DNA of 63,945 bases, filler included, from a candidate division TA06 bacterium SM23_40 (GCA_001303705.1; 5 parts of 5 records of this genome joined end to end with filler, not necessarily neighbours in it), one strand, 5' to 3'. Counted from the whole stretch's first letter, positions 19,405 to 30,290 are shown. Translations and numbers: made by a program. The notes: a model not told the origin generated them from the letters alone.

Positions 19405-19818
19405 ATGAGTTCAGATAGTCCGGTTGACGTTGGCATCAGGTTTGTGGAATCCATCAATCGACGAGATCTTGACGGTCTGGTCGCACTCATGCCGCCGGAT
19501 CATAAGCTCTTTCCCGGTGGCGGAGATGTCATCACCGGTCGCGAGAAGGCCCGAGACGCGTTGTCCGACTATGTCTCATCGTGGCCCGAATTCCAGATCC
19601 ACATTTCGGACATCTACCTGGTAGACAATGCCGTGGTCATGATCGGGAGGACGACGGGCTCATGCGCTGATACGCCGAAGGGGATCGAGATTCAGGAGAG
19701 GCGGATCTACGTGGCGAAGGTTGAAGATGGATTTGTGAAGGAGTTCCACCATCTCGATGACAGCGATCAGGTCAGGAAAGAGCTCGGTGTGAGCGCGGAG
19801 AAGAGGATCACGAAATAG
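19405..19818 (+). CDS. NTF2/SnoaL-like domain protein
   Basis: FVESINRRDLDGLVALM..H....G.VITGRE pattern; AGGAGGAG RBS. Confidence 0.75.
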   Translation: MSSDSPVDVGIRFVESINRRDLDGLVALMPPDHKLFPGGGDVITGREKARDALSDYVSSWPEFQIHISDIYLVDNAVVMIGRTTGSCADTPKGIEIQERRIYVAKVEDGFVKEFHHLDDSDQVRKELGVSAEKRITK

Positions 19819-19839
19819 GACCGGTCAGGGGGACGTGCC

Positions 19840-20448
19840 ATGAAACTCCTTCATCCATCCAGTCTTGCGGCAACCATCGATGCTGTGAACGAGGCGCTCT
19901 TCGTGGGGAAGCAGATACCGCCTGCCGAGCGCGCGCGAACAGCGGCCTGGATTGCAGGTCGACAGGGGAAGCGGGGATCCTATGCGAACATGTTCGCTCC
20001 GACTCCCCGGGATTTCGCTGGCGGCATACGGGTCTTTACCGGCGAAGCGGTTAGATCCAACGCCGCGACGGCGCACATCCTTGGTGAGGAAGCCTCGAGG
20101 GCGCTGATCCTTCTCGGTGTGGGGAAGGCCGAAGTGCGGACGGCACTATCTCATGCCACGGCGGGCATGCTTGCGAGGTTGAGGGAGTCCGAATCCGCGG
20201 GGATGTCATCGCGCGGGTTCTACTGTTGTGCCATGTGCTCGTGCGCGCTGTGGCGGCATCTGGGCGTCGGGGGGCTATCCGGTGCTGAGGCACGTCTTCG
20301 GGGTGGTGTGAAGATCCTCAGGACCCACCGGTCAGGTGAGGGTCGCTGGCGGCGTTTCCCATTCTACTACACACTGCTCAGTCTAACCGAGCTCGATCTG
20401 CTGGCTGCCCGGCGGGAACTCCGGTACGCGGCACCGGCATGCGAATAA
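19840..20448 (+). CDS. hypothetical protein, possibly truncated by a premature stop
   Basis: 202-aa ORF with GFYCCAMCS..LWRHL and WRRFPFYYTL; the frame stays open for 26 more codons after the TAA. Confidence 0.65.
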   Translation: MKLLHPSSLAATIDAVNEALFVGKQIPPAERARTAAWIAGRQGKRGSYANMFAPTPRDFAGGIRVFTGEAVRSNAATAHILGEEASRALILLGVGKAEVRTALSHATAGMLARLRESESAGMSSRGFYCCAMCSCALWRHLGVGGLSGAEARLRGGVKILRTHRSGEGRWRRFPFYYTLLSLTELDLLAARRELRYAAPACE

Positions 20449-20585
20449 GCGCTGAAGACTGTCCGGGGCGAGGGCCGGATCGCGGCTCGCCGGCGCGTGT
20501 TGTTGGAGAGAGCTCTAGCAGTACACTAGCTCGGCACTGATATCGACCGAGGGGTGAGAATAGGCAGACTGTCAGAGACAAACAG

Positions 20586-20653
20586 GTGAAGGCCGGAACT
20601 CCCAAGGGCGGGTACGCGATACTGGACGCGATCTCGGTAGTTCCGGCCTTCAC
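20586..20653. terminator. 15-bp perfect inverted repeat between convergent genes
   Basis: GTGAAGGCCGGAACT (20586-20600) and AGTTCCGGCCTTCAC (20639-20653), 38-nt loop, no clear U tract. Confidence 0.5.
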
Positions 20654-20665
20654 GTCTGCTATCGG

Positions 20666-22072
20666 CTAGAGTTGGCGCATGAAGGCGACGATGTCCTTCT
20701 TCTCTTGCTCTGTGAGGTTGAGCTCCATGATCAGATTGAAGAACTCGACCGTGTCCTCCAATGTCAGCAGCCTGCCGTCGTGCAGATATGGCGGTGAGTC
20801 TTTGATGCCACGGAGGGGAAAGGTCTTGATCGGTCCATCCGCCGAAGCCATCCTGCCGTTGATCATGCGCGGCCTGTAGAAGCGCTCCACCTTCATGTTG
20901 TGCATCAGATTGTCAGTGTAGTAGGGCGCAGGATGGCAGCTCGCACAATCGGCTTTGCCGAAGAAAAGACCCTGTCCGCGCATCTCGGACTCGGTGGCTT
21001 TCTCTGGATCGAGCATGCCGTTGACGCGGAGCTTGGGAGCCGGCGGGAAGTCCAACAGCGCCTCGAACTCAGCCATGAAGTGCACCTGGCTGCCCCGTTC
21101 GAGAATGTTGACACCCTTCTTGGTCGCGATTACCGGGTCACCGTCGAAGTACGCAGCCCGCTGCTCGAACTCCGTGAAGTCCTCAACGGTCTTCAACGCC
21201 CGCTGTGAGCCGAACAAACGCTGGATGTTCACGCCACGCAGAGGCGGAGTGTCGATACGGTGACGGAACTCCTGGGGACGGATATCACCAACGAGGTGAG
21301 TCGAGGCATTGGTATGCCCGTTTGCGTGACAGTCGAAGCAGGTGACCCCACGACTCGGGCGTTCGGAACGGCGGTCTTCGGTCTGGTTGAACTGCTGTTG
21401 GGGAAAGGGAGTGACCAACAGCCGCAAGCCCTCGAGTTGTTTGGGATTCAGTATACCGTTAAACAGCTCGTAGTAGTTGTCGATCGTCACAAGCTTGCCC
21501 TGAGAGACGTCGCCGAGGTCCGGTCGCGTGGTCAGATAGATCGGCGCTGGGAACTCGGGCAGGAAGTGGTCTGGTAGGTCGTAATCCAGGTCGAAGCGAG
21601 TGAGGTCGCGCTCTTCCTGCTTCTTGATCTCGTCGATGTGAAACTGAGGGAAGACCATGCCGCCTTCAGCATGGTTGGGATGGGGAAGAGGGAAGAACCC
21701 CGCAGGGAACAGGTCTTTCTCCCGGATTTCTTCGGGGCTCATCGCCGCCAGCTTCTGCCAGGTCATGCCCTTCGCGGGTTTGGCGCGCACACCTTCCTGG
21801 ATCGCCTTTCCTCCGGACATCTTCACGCCCTTGGCTGGGCGGTTGCTCAAGTCATAGCGCTCATTGAGCAGGTCCATATGCCGTTTCATCACGGTGGGTT
21901 TCGCGGCTTTCATTCGGGACATCACCTTTGCGAAATCCTCCATGATGACAACGGGAGCGTAGCTCGAGCGCCCTTTCGCGCCTTCTTCGGCGTAGACCAG
22001 GCCCAGGAAGACGAGCAGACTGGCGAGCATCGCCACTATTGCCCCTATCAGCACGAATTTCTTCTGCTTCAT
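20666..22072 (-). CDS. exported di-heme cytochrome c protein, cytochrome c peroxidase/MauG superfamily
   Basis: Signal peptide; two CxxCH motifs (CFDCH, CASCH); DTPPLRG, KTFPLRGI and SPPYLHDGRLLTLEDTVEFF. Confidence 0.8.
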   Translation of the reverse strand: MKQKKFVLIGAIVAMLASLLVFLGLVYAEEGAKGRSSYAPVVIMEDFAKVMSRMKAAKPTVMKRHMDLLNERYDLSNRPAKGVKMSGGKAIQEGVRAKPAKGMTWQKLAAMSPEEIREKDLFPAGFFPLPHPNHAEGGMVFPQFHIDEIKKQEERDLTRFDLDYDLPDHFLPEFPAPIYLTTRPDLGDVSQGKLVTIDNYYELFNGILNPKQLEGLRLLVTPFPQQQFNQTEDRRSERPSRGVTCFDCHANGHTNASTHLVGDIRPQEFRHRIDTPPLRGVNIQRLFGSQRALKTVEDFTEFEQRAAYFDGDPVIATKKGVNILERGSQVHFMAEFEALLDFPPAPKLRVNGMLDPEKATESEMRGQGLFFGKADCASCHPAPYYTDNLMHNMKVERFYRPRMINGRMASADGPIKTFPLRGIKDSPPYLHDGRLLTLEDTVEFFNLIMELNLTEQEKKDIVAFMRQL

Positions 22073-22332
22073 CGCTTTTCCCTCCCTCCTTCTGATGGAA
22101 CACCGCCTAGGTCTACAGATGCGTTGCAGCGTCGCCGGGATGGCGACTCCATCGAACGCACTGAGTCAGGTGACAGACAGCATCGTAGTGAGGAACAGCC
22201 TCCTGTCAAGTGTGCATTTTTCTACTCTCCGATCCGCTTTGTCGGGAACGCTGGCGCTGAACTCTTCTCCACGTGATGCGAGATCACACTGGACTGGTAG
22301 CAACTCATCCGGGTAGCCGCGCTCTTCTCCGC

Positions 22333-23868
22333 CTAGCTTTCCGCAGCAGTGGCTCTGACTCGTTCTTCCTGAGACATCGCGGCCAGACGCTCCACATCCT
22401 TCAGGTTCAGGCCCAGCCCCTCGGCCACGCGCCGCCCGTAGTCCGGATCGGCCTTGTAGAAGAGGGCTGTCTGGCGCAACTGGATGCGCTTCTCCGCACC
22501 CCCCAGATGGTCCACGATGTTGCCGACGAGGTGCTCTCGATCCTCGTCCGTCATCACCTTGCGGTACAGGTCACCGGCCTGCACGAAGTCATCATTCGGG
22601 TGCTTATACGGGTGCCTTCCCGCCATTCCCGATACCTCGAAGGGGGGTTCGCCGACTCCGGGCTGGGGCTCGGGCCCACCCATGCTGTTGGGATAGTAGT
22701 TCGGCCCGCCTCCAGCGTTGTCGTCGAGACGCATGTACCCGTCACGCTGGTAGTTGGCCATCCGGGCCGCCTTGGGCGCGTTGACCGGCAGAAGCTGGTA
22801 GTTCGGTCCCAGGCGGTACAGGTGAGCATCGTGATAGGAGATGATGCGTGCCTGGAGCATCTTGTCGGGCGAGGCGGCAATGCCCGGAACGAAATTACCC
22901 GGGGAGAACGCGGCCTGCTCTACTTCGGCAAAGTAGTTCTCAGGGTTACGGTTCAGCACCATCCGCCCGATCTCGATGAGCGGGAAGTCGCCGTGCGGCC
23001 AGACCTTTGTGATATCGAGGATGTCGAAGCGATAGTCCTTCGCCTGCTCGGGGGTCATGATCTGCACGCAGACCTTCCATGCCGGGAAATCGCCCCTGGC
23101 AATCGCCTCATGTAAGTCGCGCGTGGCGTGGTCGGGATCCACGCCTGCCAGTCGCGCTGCCTCCTGGCGGGTAAGGTTCTGAATGCTCTGCTCGGTCTTG
23201 AAGTGGTACTGTACCCAGAAGTATTCGCCCTTCTCGTTGTACCATTTGAAGGTGTGGCTGCTGTACCCGTTCATGTGGCGGAAGCTCCTGGGGGTACCTC
23301 GATCCGAGAAGAGGATGGTGACCTGGTGGATCGACTCCGGCGTCAGCGAGAGGAAGTCCCAGAACATGTCGGGGTCCTTTGTGTTGGTCTCGGGATCCCG
23401 CTTCTGCGTGTGAATGAAGTCCGGGAACTTCAGCGGATCGCGGATGAAGAAGACGGGCGTGTTGTTCCCCGTCATATCATAGTTGCCCTCTTCAGTGTAG
23501 AACTTCACCGCAAACCCGCGAGGGTCTCGAGCCGAGTCGGCCGATCCCTTTTCCCCGCCCACAGTCGAGAAGCGCGCGAAGACCTCGGTACGTTTGCCCA
23601 CCTTCGAGAGGAACGCGGCCCTGGTGTACTTGGTGACGTCGGCAGTCACCTCGAAGTAGCCGCCGGCGCCCGCGCCTTTGGCGTGTACTACCCGCTCGGG
23701 GATGCGCTCTCGGTTGAAGTGGGCTAACTTCTCCATGAGATGCACATCCTGCATCAGCACCGGCCCGCGGTCTCCTGCAGTCATACTGTTCTGGTCGTTA
23801 TCGACCGGCGCGCCGGAACTGAGGGTGAGGACCCTCTTCTCTTTCTTTTCCTTCTTGCCTTTTGCCAT
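22333..23868 (-). CDS. katA: monofunctional heme catalase (small subunit)
   Basis: [67 protein letters not shown]. Confidence 0.95.
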   Translation of the reverse strand: MAKGKKEKKEKRVLTLSSGAPVDNDQNSMTAGDRGPVLMQDVHLMEKLAHFNRERIPERVVHAKGAGAGGYFEVTADVTKYTRAAFLSKVGKRTEVFARFSTVGGEKGSADSARDPRGFAVKFYTEEGNYDMTGNNTPVFFIRDPLKFPDFIHTQKRDPETNTKDPDMFWDFLSLTPESIHQVTILFSDRGTPRSFRHMNGYSSHTFKWYNEKGEYFWVQYHFKTEQSIQNLTRQEAARLAGVDPDHATRDLHEAIARGDFPAWKVCVQIMTPEQAKDYRFDILDITKVWPHGDFPLIEIGRMVLNRNPENYFAEVEQAAFSPGNFVPGIAASPDKMLQARIISYHDAHLYRLGPNYQLLPVNAPKAARMANYQRDGYMRLDDNAGGGPNYYPNSMGGPEPQPGVGEPPFEVSGMAGRHPYKHPNDDFVQAGDLYRKVMTDEDREHLVGNIVDHLGGAEKRIQLRQTALFYKADPDYGRRVAEGLGLNLKDVERLAAMSQEERVRATAAES

Positions 23869-23939
23869 TGTGGATCTCCTCCCTGGCTGTGCTCTTACTG
23901 TGGTCGGCGTCTCTGCCTGCAGAACGAGAGGTGATGAGG

Positions 23940-24413
23940 TTACGTGACCTGTTCTGTGCCTCGTTTCTGCGCTGCACAGGCTTTGCAGACTCCCCGGAGC
24001 TGAATGTGGATCGTCTTCACATCTCCCAACCTACGAACGGATACGGGAGTTGAGAAGTCCTCGAGCTCCCGACTGTAGAAATCGCGAATCAGCCCGCATT
24101 CTGTACATATGAAGTGGTGGTGGTGATCCGTGTTCGCATCGAACCGCACTCGAGCCGGCAGGACCTCCACCCTGGATATCAAATGTCCCTGTTCCAGGAG
24201 TGCGAGCGTCCTGTAGACAGTATCGAGTGAGACCGTTGGCATTCGGGTACGGACGCAATTGAAGATGGTCTCCGCGTCGGGGTGATCTTCCGTCTGCGCG
24301 ATCTCGCGGAAGATCTCCAGGCGCTGGTGGGTTAGTTTAAGGCCCCTAGCTCTCAGAGCTTCGACGAAGGTCTCGATGCGCCGTTCAATATCCTCGTTAG
24401 TCAGTGCCATCAT
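23940..24413 (-). CDS. perR: Fur-family transcriptional repressor, PerR-like
   Basis: [45 protein letters not shown]; sits directly upstream of catalase. Confidence 0.8.
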   Translation of the reverse strand: MMALTNEDIERRIETFVEALRARGLKLTHQRLEIFREIAQTEDHPDAETIFNCVRTRMPTVSLDTVYRTLALLEQGHLISRVEVLPARVRFDANTDHHHHFICTECGLIRDFYSRELEDFSTPVSVRRLGDVKTIHIQLRGVCKACAAQKRGTEQVT

Positions 24414-24451
24414 CCGCCCCTGTACTGGCTGCAAGCTGTTCTTAAATAGGA

Positions 24452-24479
24452 ATTATATGCAATTAGTGCTCTGTGTCAA
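24452..24479 (-). promoter_or_regulatory. sigma-70 promoter for perR-katA, with AT-rich possible Fur/Per box over the -10
   Basis: Minus strand TTGACA-16 nt-TATAAT embedded in AATTGCATATAATTCCTATT. Confidence 0.6.
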
Positions 24480-24877
24480 GTTCTTTTTTTTCGCCTTCCC
24501 CGAAGATAGTCGAACCGCTCTCATTTCTGTCCTTTTTGGATTCCGGATTGCGGGGCGTGGCGCGATGCACGTGAGTGCCGTCAGGGCATTCACACGTGGA
24601 CATCCCGGTGCAGACCGGACACAGATGATCATGGCATCGGCCACCGGGGTGTGCTGAGGGGGACACCTGGATCGGCTCTTGCCGGGACGAAGAGCGCATC
24701 TCTCTACGGCACAAGGATTGGGGTGATGGTGCTGCTCGTGTGTCCCTTGGGTGTCCGGTCCACGTTGAGCGTGATGCTGTTCCATATCGGACGGTCTGGG
24801 GCACTAACCCTGGAAGCCACCAGGCCGAGGCGCAGAACTGCTCCAGAGGGCGGGTTTTGTTTTGCATAACCGCCGTA

Positions 24878-25018
24878 CCGAGCAGGCCGTCAGGCGACAT
24901 GGAAGAGCGGGCCATCAGGCGACAGGTCGAGCGTGCCATCAGGCGATACGGTCGAGCGGGCCATCGGGCGATACGGCCGAGCGGGCCTCAGGCGATACGG
25001 CCGAGCGGGCTATCTGGC
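24878..25018. repeat. degenerate tandem repeat of about 23-25 bp (GAGCGGGCCATCAGGCGATACGGYC), about 6 copies, running into the contig end
   Basis: Visible directly in the sequence; no unique spacers. Confidence 0.8.
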
Positions 25019-25118
25019 NNNNNNNNNNNNNNNNNNNNNNNNNNNNNNNNNNNNNNNNNNNNTTAATTAATTAANNNNNNNNNNNNNNNNNNNNNNNNNN
25101 NNNNNNNNNNNNNNNNNN
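25019..25118. other. artificial contig linker
   Basis: N run containing TTAATTAATTAA (stops in all six frames). Confidence 0.99.
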
Positions 25119-26699
25119 CGCTCGAACCGGGATGAGATTCTAGATCGCTGGCAGACTGGCGTGATCAAGGTGGACGAGGAAGAGCGTCAGCGAGTCGGAG
25201 CTGGTGACGTAGACCTTGGGGGATTCTTAGAGCACTTCTTCAGAGCGATCGAAGACGGCGATCTGAGTCATCTCTACCGAATGCTGGGGGAGGTTGCGAA
25301 GCAGCGATGGCGGATCTGGCGGTTGGCGATTTCGGAGTCCGGGCGCACGGCGCTCTACATCAAGCGTGTTCTGTACGACGTTCTCGACAGGGAATTGACC
25401 GACCGGGCCGAGCTCATGCAGGCGGTGAGGATGATCGATGCGTGCACAACTGAACTGATGTACCACTATATCGAGACGTATCAGGCGATGGCGGTGGCCG
25501 AGCTCCAGCGTCAGGCAGGACGCCTGGCCAAGGCAGAGCAGGACAAGAAGTTCGCCGTGGAGAGACAGCATCTGCTGGAGAAGCTGAGGCAGCAGGAGAG
25601 GCACCTGGCAGCGATCGTCGACGGGAGCGCTGACGCCATTATCGGGCTCGATCCAGATGGTGTCATCCTTTCCTGGAACCGCGGTGCCGAGCTCATCTTC
25701 GGTTATGAGAGTGAGGAGATGATCGGCAGGTCGATCGAAGTGCTCGTGCCCGATCATCTCAAGAGGGCTCGCGAGCATGAAACGATAGCAAGTCAGGTAC
25801 GTAACAATGGATTCGTACGCGGATTGGAGACCGAGCGACTCGCAAAAGGCGGACGCTGGGTGGTTGTCGATCTGACGAGCACGGCGATACGGGACGAACA
25901 GGGGAAGATAGTCGGTATGTCGGCCATCCTCAGAGATATCACGCACCGCAGGCGAATGAGGGAGCGGGTCCTCCATGCTGAACGCCTCGCCACCATAGGA
26001 ATGATGGCAGCCCGCGTCGCGCACGATGTGCGCAGTCCGCTCAGCTCCATTACGCTCAATGCCGACCTGCTGGCAGAGGAGCTCCGGACCTATGCGGAGA
26101 GCAATACGACCGAGGCGCAGGCACTCCTCAGATCGATCGACTCTGAACTGGAGCGGCTCAGCAAGGTGGTGGATGAGTACCTGAGCTTCGCGCGGCCGCC
26201 CGAGGCAAAGTTCGAACCGCATGACATAGCACAGATAGTGGGGGATCTACTGGACTTTCTGGAGAAAGAGATGGCGGGGAACGGTGTCCGGCTGAGCCGG
26301 GCGTTTCACCAGGGCATCCCGCCCATGCTTGTCGATGCGCATCAGATACGGCAGGCCTGCCTCAATCTCCTCAAGAACAGCTGCGAGGCAATGCCCCACG
26401 GGGGCGAGATCACAGCAGGGATCGAGCGTCAGGGCGATGACGTGCTGATCACTATCACCGATACCGGTGTTGGAATTCCTGAAGACGAGATCGATACCAT
26501 GTTCAAACCGTTTACAAGCACCAAAGTGGGAGGGACCGGACTGGGGTTGGCAGTTGCCCAGGAGATTGTGGCGGAACACGGCGGCACGATACGTTGTCAA
26601 AGCAGAGTGGGAGAGGGAGCCACGTTCACCATCAGGTTGCCGCTCTTCCTGGGTAGGATTCGCTCGAAGCCGGAGAGATATGATGCAGATGCAGGGTGA
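25119..26699 (+). CDS. PAS-domain sensor histidine kinase (5' partial), with RsbRD-N-like N-terminus
   Basis: Frame open from the contig start (DEILDRW); PAS segment [19 protein letters not shown] box AHDVRSPL; N box [21 protein letters not shown]. Confidence 0.92.
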   Translation, partial: RSNRDEILDRWQTGVIKVDEEERQRVGAGDVDLGGFLEHFFRAIEDGDLSHLYRMLGEVAKQRWRIWRLAISESGRTALYIKRVLYDVLDRELTDRAELMQAVRMIDACTTELMYHYIETYQAMAVAELQRQAGRLAKAEQDKKFAVERQHLLEKLRQQERHLAAIVDGSADAIIGLDPDGVILSWNRGAELIFGYESEEMIGRSIEVLVPDHLKRAREHETIASQVRNNGFVRGLETERLAKGGRWVVVDLTSTAIRDEQGKIVGMSAILRDITHRRRMRERVLHAERLATIGMMAARVAHDVRSPLSSITLNADLLAEELRTYAESNTTEAQALLRSIDSELERLSKVVDEYLSFARPPEAKFEPHDIAQIVGDLLDFLEKEMAGNGVRLSRAFHQGIPPMLVDAHQIRQACLNLLKNSCEAMPHGGEITAGIERQGDDVLITITDTGVGIPEDEIDTMFKPFTSTKVGGTGLGLAVAQEIVAEHGGTIRCQSRVGEGATFTIRLPLFLGRIRSKPERYDADAG

Positions 26700-28371
26700 A
26701 TATCGAGTGCTGGTCGTAGATGATGAGGCAGGCACTCGCGAGTCGCTCTCCAAGGTTCTAGCCAAGGAGGGATACGACGTTGCAGCGGCCAGCGACGGCC
26801 GAGAGGCATTGAATGTAGTGGAGAAGGGTGGGATCAACGTCGTGCTCGCCGATGTGAAGATGCCGAGAATGGACGGAGTGGAGCTCCTGCGTGCCGTGAA
26901 GAGGTACTCACCGGACATCGAAGTCATCCTCATCACCGGGTATGGCACGGTCGAGACCGCTGTCGAGGCAATGCGCGAGGGAGCCTACGACTTCGTGTTG
27001 AAGCCGTTCAGACGAGTCGTCATCACGAAGGCCGTGAGCAAGGCTATCGAGAATCAAATTCTTGTCATCGAGAATCGCGCTCTGCGGGATCAGCTCCACG
27101 CGTTCCAGGAGGGAAAGAGGCTCATCGGCTCCGGACCTGCGATGGCGCGCGTTGTGGAGATCGTTGAGCAGGTCGCTCCCAGTGCTGCCACCGTTCTGAT
27201 GCTGGGGGAGAGTGGTACGGGGAAGGAAGTGGTGGCGAACGCCATCCACCAGCTCAGCCCGCGCCGGGATAGGAGATTCATCAAGGTGAGCTGTGCTGCG
27301 CTGCCGGAGACACTTCTCGAGGCCGAGCTCTTCGGGCATGAGCGTGGGGCCTTCACCGGCGCGGTGGCCCGGAGGGAGGGGCGCTTTGAGGCGGCAGATG
27401 GAGGCACCCTGTTTCTCGATGAGATCGGAGAGATGTCCCTGGCGACTCAGGTGAAACTTCTTCGCGTGCTGCAGGAGGGGGAGTTTGAACGGCTCGGCTC
27501 GACTCGCACCCTCAAAGCTGACGTCAGACTGATTGCCGCCACCAATGAGGATCTGCTTGAGGCTATCGGTCATGGTTCGTTCAGAGCAGATGTCTACTAT
27601 CGTCTCAATGTCATCACCATTACGGTCCCTCCCCTGCGGGAGCGAAAAGAAGACATCCCTCTTTTCGTAGATCACTTTATTCACATTTATTCGAAGAAGA
27701 ACGACAAGAAGATCGAGGGAATATCGGCTGAGGCAATGTCCATGCTCACCCACTACGACTGGCCTGGAAACGTGCGGGAGCTGGAGAACGCTATCGAGCG
27801 GGCAGTCGTACTGACGAGGAGGAAGTTCATCGGCCCACAGGATCTTCCTGTCGATATCAGGCATCCAGGGGACGTCACTGTGGCGGAGGAGATCGCGCCT
27901 GCGGAGACTGAGACAGGCCAGGTGGTCAGGATCCCGATCGGAGTCCCGCTGCGCGTAATCGAGATGCACGTGATAGATGAAACCCTTCGCGCCACAGATT
28001 ACAACAGGAACCGTGCTGCCGAGATCCTCGGTCTGAGCGCCAGGACGATCTACCGGAGGCTGAAATCGAAGGAAGAGTCTCCTGTGGTGGGGAAGATGTT
28101 ACTGGGGCGTCAGGATCTTCCTCGCGATATCACCTCGCGGGATGGCGGGGGCGATCGGATGCTCCACATTCCGATCGGAATGCCGCTACGCGAGGTCGAG
28201 AAGCGGGTCATCGACGAGACCCTGCGAGCTACGAACGGCAATAGGAACCGTGCTGCCGAGATCCTCGGTCTCAGCGCCCGGACTATCTATCGGAGAGTCA
28301 AAGAGACGGAGAAGGATGGCGGCGATTCCAGGGGGATGTCAGGGACGGTGCCGAAGGGTGAAGATTACTGA
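26680..28371 (+). CDS. sigma-54-dependent response regulator (NtrC family) with two C-terminal Fis-type HTH domains
   Basis: Receiver [45 protein letters not shown]; duplicated [19 protein letters not shown]. Confidence 0.93.
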   Translation: MMQMQGEYRVLVVDDEAGTRESLSKVLAKEGYDVAAASDGREALNVVEKGGINVVLADVKMPRMDGVELLRAVKRYSPDIEVILITGYGTVETAVEAMREGAYDFVLKPFRRVVITKAVSKAIENQILVIENRALRDQLHAFQEGKRLIGSGPAMARVVEIVEQVAPSAATVLMLGESGTGKEVVANAIHQLSPRRDRRFIKVSCAALPETLLEAELFGHERGAFTGAVARREGRFEAADGGTLFLDEIGEMSLATQVKLLRVLQEGEFERLGSTRTLKADVRLIAATNEDLLEAIGHGSFRADVYYRLNVITITVPPLRERKEDIPLFVDHFIHIYSKKNDKKIEGISAEAMSMLTHYDWPGNVRELENAIERAVVLTRRKFIGPQDLPVDIRHPGDVTVAEEIAPAETETGQVVRIPIGVPLRVIEMHVIDETLRATDYNRNRAAEILGLSARTIYRRLKSKEESPVVGKMLLGRQDLPRDITSRDGGGDRMLHIPIGMPLREVEKRVIDETLRATNGNRNRAAEILGLSARTIYRRVKETEKDGGDSRGMSGTVPKGEDY

Positions 28372-28390
28372 AAATCTTCCAACTCTGCTA

Positions 28391-28419
28391 TTGACTGGCG
28401 ACAGTCGTGTTGATATAAT
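28391..28419 (+). promoter_or_regulatory. sigma-70 promoter for the TonB-family gene
   Basis: TTGACT-17 nt-TATAAT. Confidence 0.75.
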
Positions 28420-28510
28420 TCACATGCCTTCCGGGAGATGGTAACTGGACAGACATGAGAAGGACTGAGTTCGCAGCATTGACCGGCGGGTGTACGAGGG
28501 GGTGTTCTAA

Positions 28511-29128
28511 ATGGCCAGCAGAAAGATAGTGGACCTGAAAGAGAGTCACGCGATCTACCTCAGGGTAGCGCTCCTCGCCTCCATAGTCTTACATGGCGTC
28601 GTCCTGTTCGCGGTGCCGTACTTCGAGCCGAACGTCAAGCCGAGGACGTACGAAGACGTCATCATCGAGGACATGGAGGCGCCGCCTGAGGTTGAGGAGC
28701 CTCCGCCTGAGCAGAGACCGGCGCTGCCTGTGGAGGCGGAGTCGGAGGAGGAAGAGGAGCAGGCAGTTGAGACGATCGAGGAGACCGATTTCGATCCGTT
28801 CGCGCGGATCGATCAGCCGATAGCTCCCGAACCTGAGACCCCCGAGTTTGTCGCTTACGATACGCCTCCGCAGCTCATCCGGACCATTGAACCTGAGTAT
28901 CCTGAGATTGCGCGCAGGGCCGGGATCGAGGGGACTGTCTTCGTACGGGTGCTGGTGGATGTCGATGGGACCGTTCTCGATGCTCGCATCGAGAAGGGTC
29001 TCAACGAGGCTCTGGATCGAGCCGCCATCGATGCCGCCCTCAAGAGCAAGTTCTCTCCTGCCAAGCAGCGCGACAAACCGGTGCGCGTCTGGGTCACCTA
29101 TCCGATTCGTTTCACTCTCAAGGGCTAG
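28511..29128 (+). CDS. energy transducer TonB family protein
   Basis: TM helix with SxxxH (SIVLH), Pro/Glu-rich linker, PEYPEIARRAGIEGTV.V.VLVD..G..LDRAAIDA..FSPA..PVRVW..PIRF. Confidence 0.9.
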   Translation: MASRKIVDLKESHAIYLRVALLASIVLHGVVLFAVPYFEPNVKPRTYEDVIIEDMEAPPEVEEPPPEQRPALPVEAESEEEEEQAVETIEETDFDPFARIDQPIAPEPETPEFVAYDTPPQLIRTIEPEYPEIARRAGIEGTVFVRVLVDVDGTVLDARIEKGLNEALDRAAIDAALKSKFSPAKQRDKPVRVWVTYPIRFTLKG

Positions 29129-29157
29129 CGTCCCCTGTGATGCGTGTTACTTCTCAG

Positions 29158-29189
29158 GGCTCCGGTGGGTCCTTCGCCGGGGCCTTTTT
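29158..29189 (+). terminator. intrinsic terminator
   Basis: GGCTCCGGTG..CGCCGGGGCC followed by TTTTT. Confidence 0.7.
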
Positions 29190-29445
29190 CTATGCCGGCG
29201 CCTCTCCTCCATGCCTCTCGGCGGCATATATTTGTATTGACAAAATCGGCCTTCAGTATTAGGTTTGGACTGGGGAAGGGATTCGAGAGGACGCGGACAG
29301 ACAGGACGGGAAGCATCGTCAGGAGATGTCGGGACCGCGCAGTGACGGGGAGCGCATCTCCATGCCGAACCGGAAAGGTCGACGATGCTCCGACTGATAG
29401 CTCTGGTGAGAGCAGGGTGACGTCCACTCGGGGGTGAGATTAGAG

Positions 29446-29760
29446 ATGGGCTGCCCGTATCTTCATCGCGTGGAGATCCGGCTGGCTGGGGTCGATCAGT
29501 ATTACTGTCGCGGATACACCAGCGGCAAGCTGAGGGTCCCCTCACTCTTCGAGCACAACTCCTATTGCTTCTCGGCCAACTATATCAACTGCCCCGTCCT
29601 TGTCCACCGTCGACGAAGACAGCTCCCGGGTACGGCTCGCGATCAGTTGCCTGCCCGTGACGGAGAGCAGGCGGGAAGGTCAGCCCAACGTGTTCTATCC
29701 CCCTCCGCTGACACCGGCTGCCGCTCCGGCGGGCCGCTCTCGGCTCCCTCCGCTGACTAG
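29446..29760 (+). CDS. small four-Cys hypothetical protein
   Basis: MGCPYL..YYC..PS....YC....Y.NCP pattern, followed by a low-complexity tail. Confidence 0.55.
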   Translation: MGCPYLHRVEIRLAGVDQYYCRGYTSGKLRVPSLFEHNSYCFSANYINCPVLVHRRRRQLPGTARDQLPARDGEQAGRSAQRVLSPSADTGCRSGGPLSAPSAD

Positions 29761-29905
29761 CCCCAGAGACGACATTCCTGAGATGACAATCGGCTGATAT
29801 CGCAGATGTCCGAGGCTCTCTGCGCGCGTTCGTTCACAGGTGGCGCACCGTGCGGATACGGATGCTTGAGTATCGGACGCCGGGACAGGGGCCTGCGGAT
29901 GGCAC

Positions 29906-30002
29906 TGACAGAATGTCAGGTGCTGCAGCCCGCAGCCGGGGTAACTGGACATTTTTTCAGGGGAGGTGGTCATCCAGGTCAAAGTGGCGTGACATTCTGA
30001 CA
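29906..30002. promoter_or_regulatory. putative enhancer (UAS) sites for a sigma-54 activator
   Basis: Perfect palindrome TGACA-GAA-TGTCA (29906-29918) plus variants GGACA-TTT-TTTCA (29947), GGTCA-AAG-TGGCG (29977) and TGACA-TTC-TGACA (29990), 120-220 bp upstream of the -24 box. Confidence 0.6.
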
Positions 30003-30123
30003 GAACATGGCGGTTTTCGGAGGACAAGGGCACCCGTGCGATACTCCCGGACCTGCCGCTAGTCTATTGATCGCCTGTGAGTTATGTGCAAGCGTCTTAT
30101 TGGTTCCCGGCCCCAGCCATGGT

Positions 30124-30139
30124 TGGCACGCATCTTGCT
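30124..30139 (+). promoter_or_regulatory. sigma-54 (-24/-12) promoter
   Basis: TGGCAC-GCATC-TTGCT matches the TGGCAC-N5-TTGCW consensus. Confidence 0.85.
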
Positions 30140-30290
30140 CCTATTCAGAGAATGATGTGGTATCGAGACCTCCTCAGGTCACCATCGCCGGTTTTGTCGT
30201 GTGAGCGGGAACTATCGGAGCTCATGCGGCGTTAGGTTGAAGTGGTGCTGCGCTGAAGGAGGTTGAGCCAACGCACCGAACGGCTAGACA

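Noticed and set aside
24453-24939. His/Cys-rich minus-strand ORFs upstream of perR
   Set aside because: No coherent motif in a single frame, and they overlap the perR promoter; not supportable as genes.
24878-25018. Possible CRISPR array or coding repeat at the contig end
   Set aside because: Degenerate head-to-tail units without spacers; it most likely just caused the assembly break.
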